A DNA stretch of 64,000 bases, taken from positions 6,386,001 to 6,450,000 of the forward strand of contig CAIIXF020000001.1 in NCBI GenBank assembly GCA_903813345.2. Reading direction: 5' to 3'. This document shows, in pieces, positions 62,550-64,000 of this stretch (its first letter is position 1; each line of letters begins with the position of its first letter). The stretch comes from Owenia fusiformis. Taxonomy: Eukaryota. The notes under the pieces are model-generated. The model saw only the letters and a list, made by a program, of their open reading frames with translations, searched no databases and was not told the DNA's origin. A program made the translations under genes and the position numbers.

Positions 62550-64000
62550 CCAGTGATTACTGATACTGATCAAAGCTGTGTTTTGCAGCTAGCAACATGC
62601 ATGCATCAAGACACATGCTGGGGATCATGGCTTATCATAATGCTAGCATACCATCACATTAGGATGACTCAGATCCCAGGGGAGAGTTAAAGCTACAGAA
62701 TGATTAGAAACGATAAGACTGGGATCAATAGCTCACTAGCCTGTAATGTTGACAAACCCTCTCTAGAAAATGAGACATACATGTACAAAGCAAACATGTA
62801 CCATTTTCACAAAAACATAGGTTCATACCCAACAGTTTGATTTCACTTCTTAAAGAGAGCTTCATCTACTAAACTCCAATAATCAGGGTGATGGGTTCAC
62901 TGTAGTCAACTCAGAAAATGGAAATATTAAAACCAAATCTTCACACTCGAAATACATAAAATGATAAGATTTTGAGGTGAACAAAAAGGATCAAGTCTTA
63001 TATAACTCCATTGTGTGACACAACCTTCTGCTGATTTTGATACATTGGGGGAGGGGGATATATAAGGACTTTGATGCATAACTATGCTATGCAACAGGAG
63101 AATCCCATAGTAATCGAATGACAAATGCTAAATTGAATTAAAAGGCCCAATTATCTATCTCCTAGATCTATAGTGAAAGTGGTTTCATTCATAATTTAGT
63201 ATGATGATTTAATTATCAGATGGTTGGTTACATTTAGTATTGGGCATGAGCCATATTGGAATGTCTGCTAATTACAACTTGGTTAAATCTATTCTTGGAA
63301 TTTTATTTCAAGCAATTCCGGTTCTCACTGATATCTTGAATAGAATATTTGAAATCATTGTATTTCTTTATCTGTAATCAATTCACGAAGAGAAATATTT
63401 TATGATCATAATTCATAGAATCATATATTGCTCAAAACATTTGTTGTAACAATATTGTGGCTTAGTAAACCATACTTCATTATACACTTCACACATTTCA
63501 TTGTTTTGTTGTTGAGCTTGTAAGTTATTAAATCACAGATCCGACACATAATAATTGTGGAAAACAATTATGGAAATTGTAATAATGATTGTAATTATTA
63601 TGATAATGGCTAAGATAATAAATATAATTTCAGAACTGATATCTGCAGTATTTTAAAACTGATTCATTCATTCTTTAGCTTTATTGTGCTAAGCCAACTG
63701 TGCTATAACATGTGTGCTGGGATAAGTGTGCCAACTGAGGATACATTGTTATTACACATTAAGTATTAGATTAGCAGCACCATACTATTTATATTTTACA
63801 AACAAAATCTTTTTGTCAAATTTGTACCTATTGCCTACAAGAAAATTGGAAAGATGAAAAATAGCTCCAAGTGCAACTGTGCAACTATTTTTGCTTCCAG
63901 TAAGGCTGTAATAAATCAAATCAATGTTTCACCTCAGGTTTGGCTTCCTGGGTTTAGCAGGCCTGCAATTATGTATAGTAGCCTTAACATGTCATCAGTA

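Noticed and set aside
61986-62690. ORFs of 64-167 aa
   Set aside because: They span a MITE with TIRs and TSD, and show no domain motifs or splice structure.

Overview
AT-rich, intron-rich animal DNA, most consistent with a marine invertebrate; no prokaryotic operons, rRNA/tRNA or CRISPR were seen. Left to right: (1) an intact single-ORF non-LTR retrotransposon (2A-like peptide, PHD finger, APE endonuclease, RT, (GAA)n tail; ~3157-6663); (2) a spliced CaRF/ALS2CR8-like gene (+, 7032-10138, 3' end unresolved); (3) a 24-bp satellite; (4) a decayed AcademX-like transposon (15654-21549, ~1.1-kb TIRs, TTT TSD) with nested MITEs and an internal inversion; (5) an 11-exon PLP-dependent aspartate-aminotransferase-like gene (+, 22333-31074) whose exon-7 end and 5' splice site are tandemly amplified 13 times; (6) a tau/MAP2/MAP4-family locus on the minus strand (~33.8-60.6 kb). 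The main tau-like gene has a projection domain rich in endocytic-type motifs, 15 microtubule-binding repeats in 14 phase-0 exons, two alternative last exons (up to 21 repeats) and a probable internal start near a perfect RFX X-box. A second, apparently independent 'dumbbell' tau-like gene follows, also preceded by an X-box. Many MITEs with 2-, 3-, 4-, 5-, 6- and 8-bp TSDs fill the introns. The best candidate for an undescribed system is an RFX-controlled (ciliary/flagellar) set of repeat-expanded tau-like proteins. Gene models were assembled by hand from splice signals and reading frames and need RNA-seq confirmation; family assignments rest on recalled motifs, not database searches.
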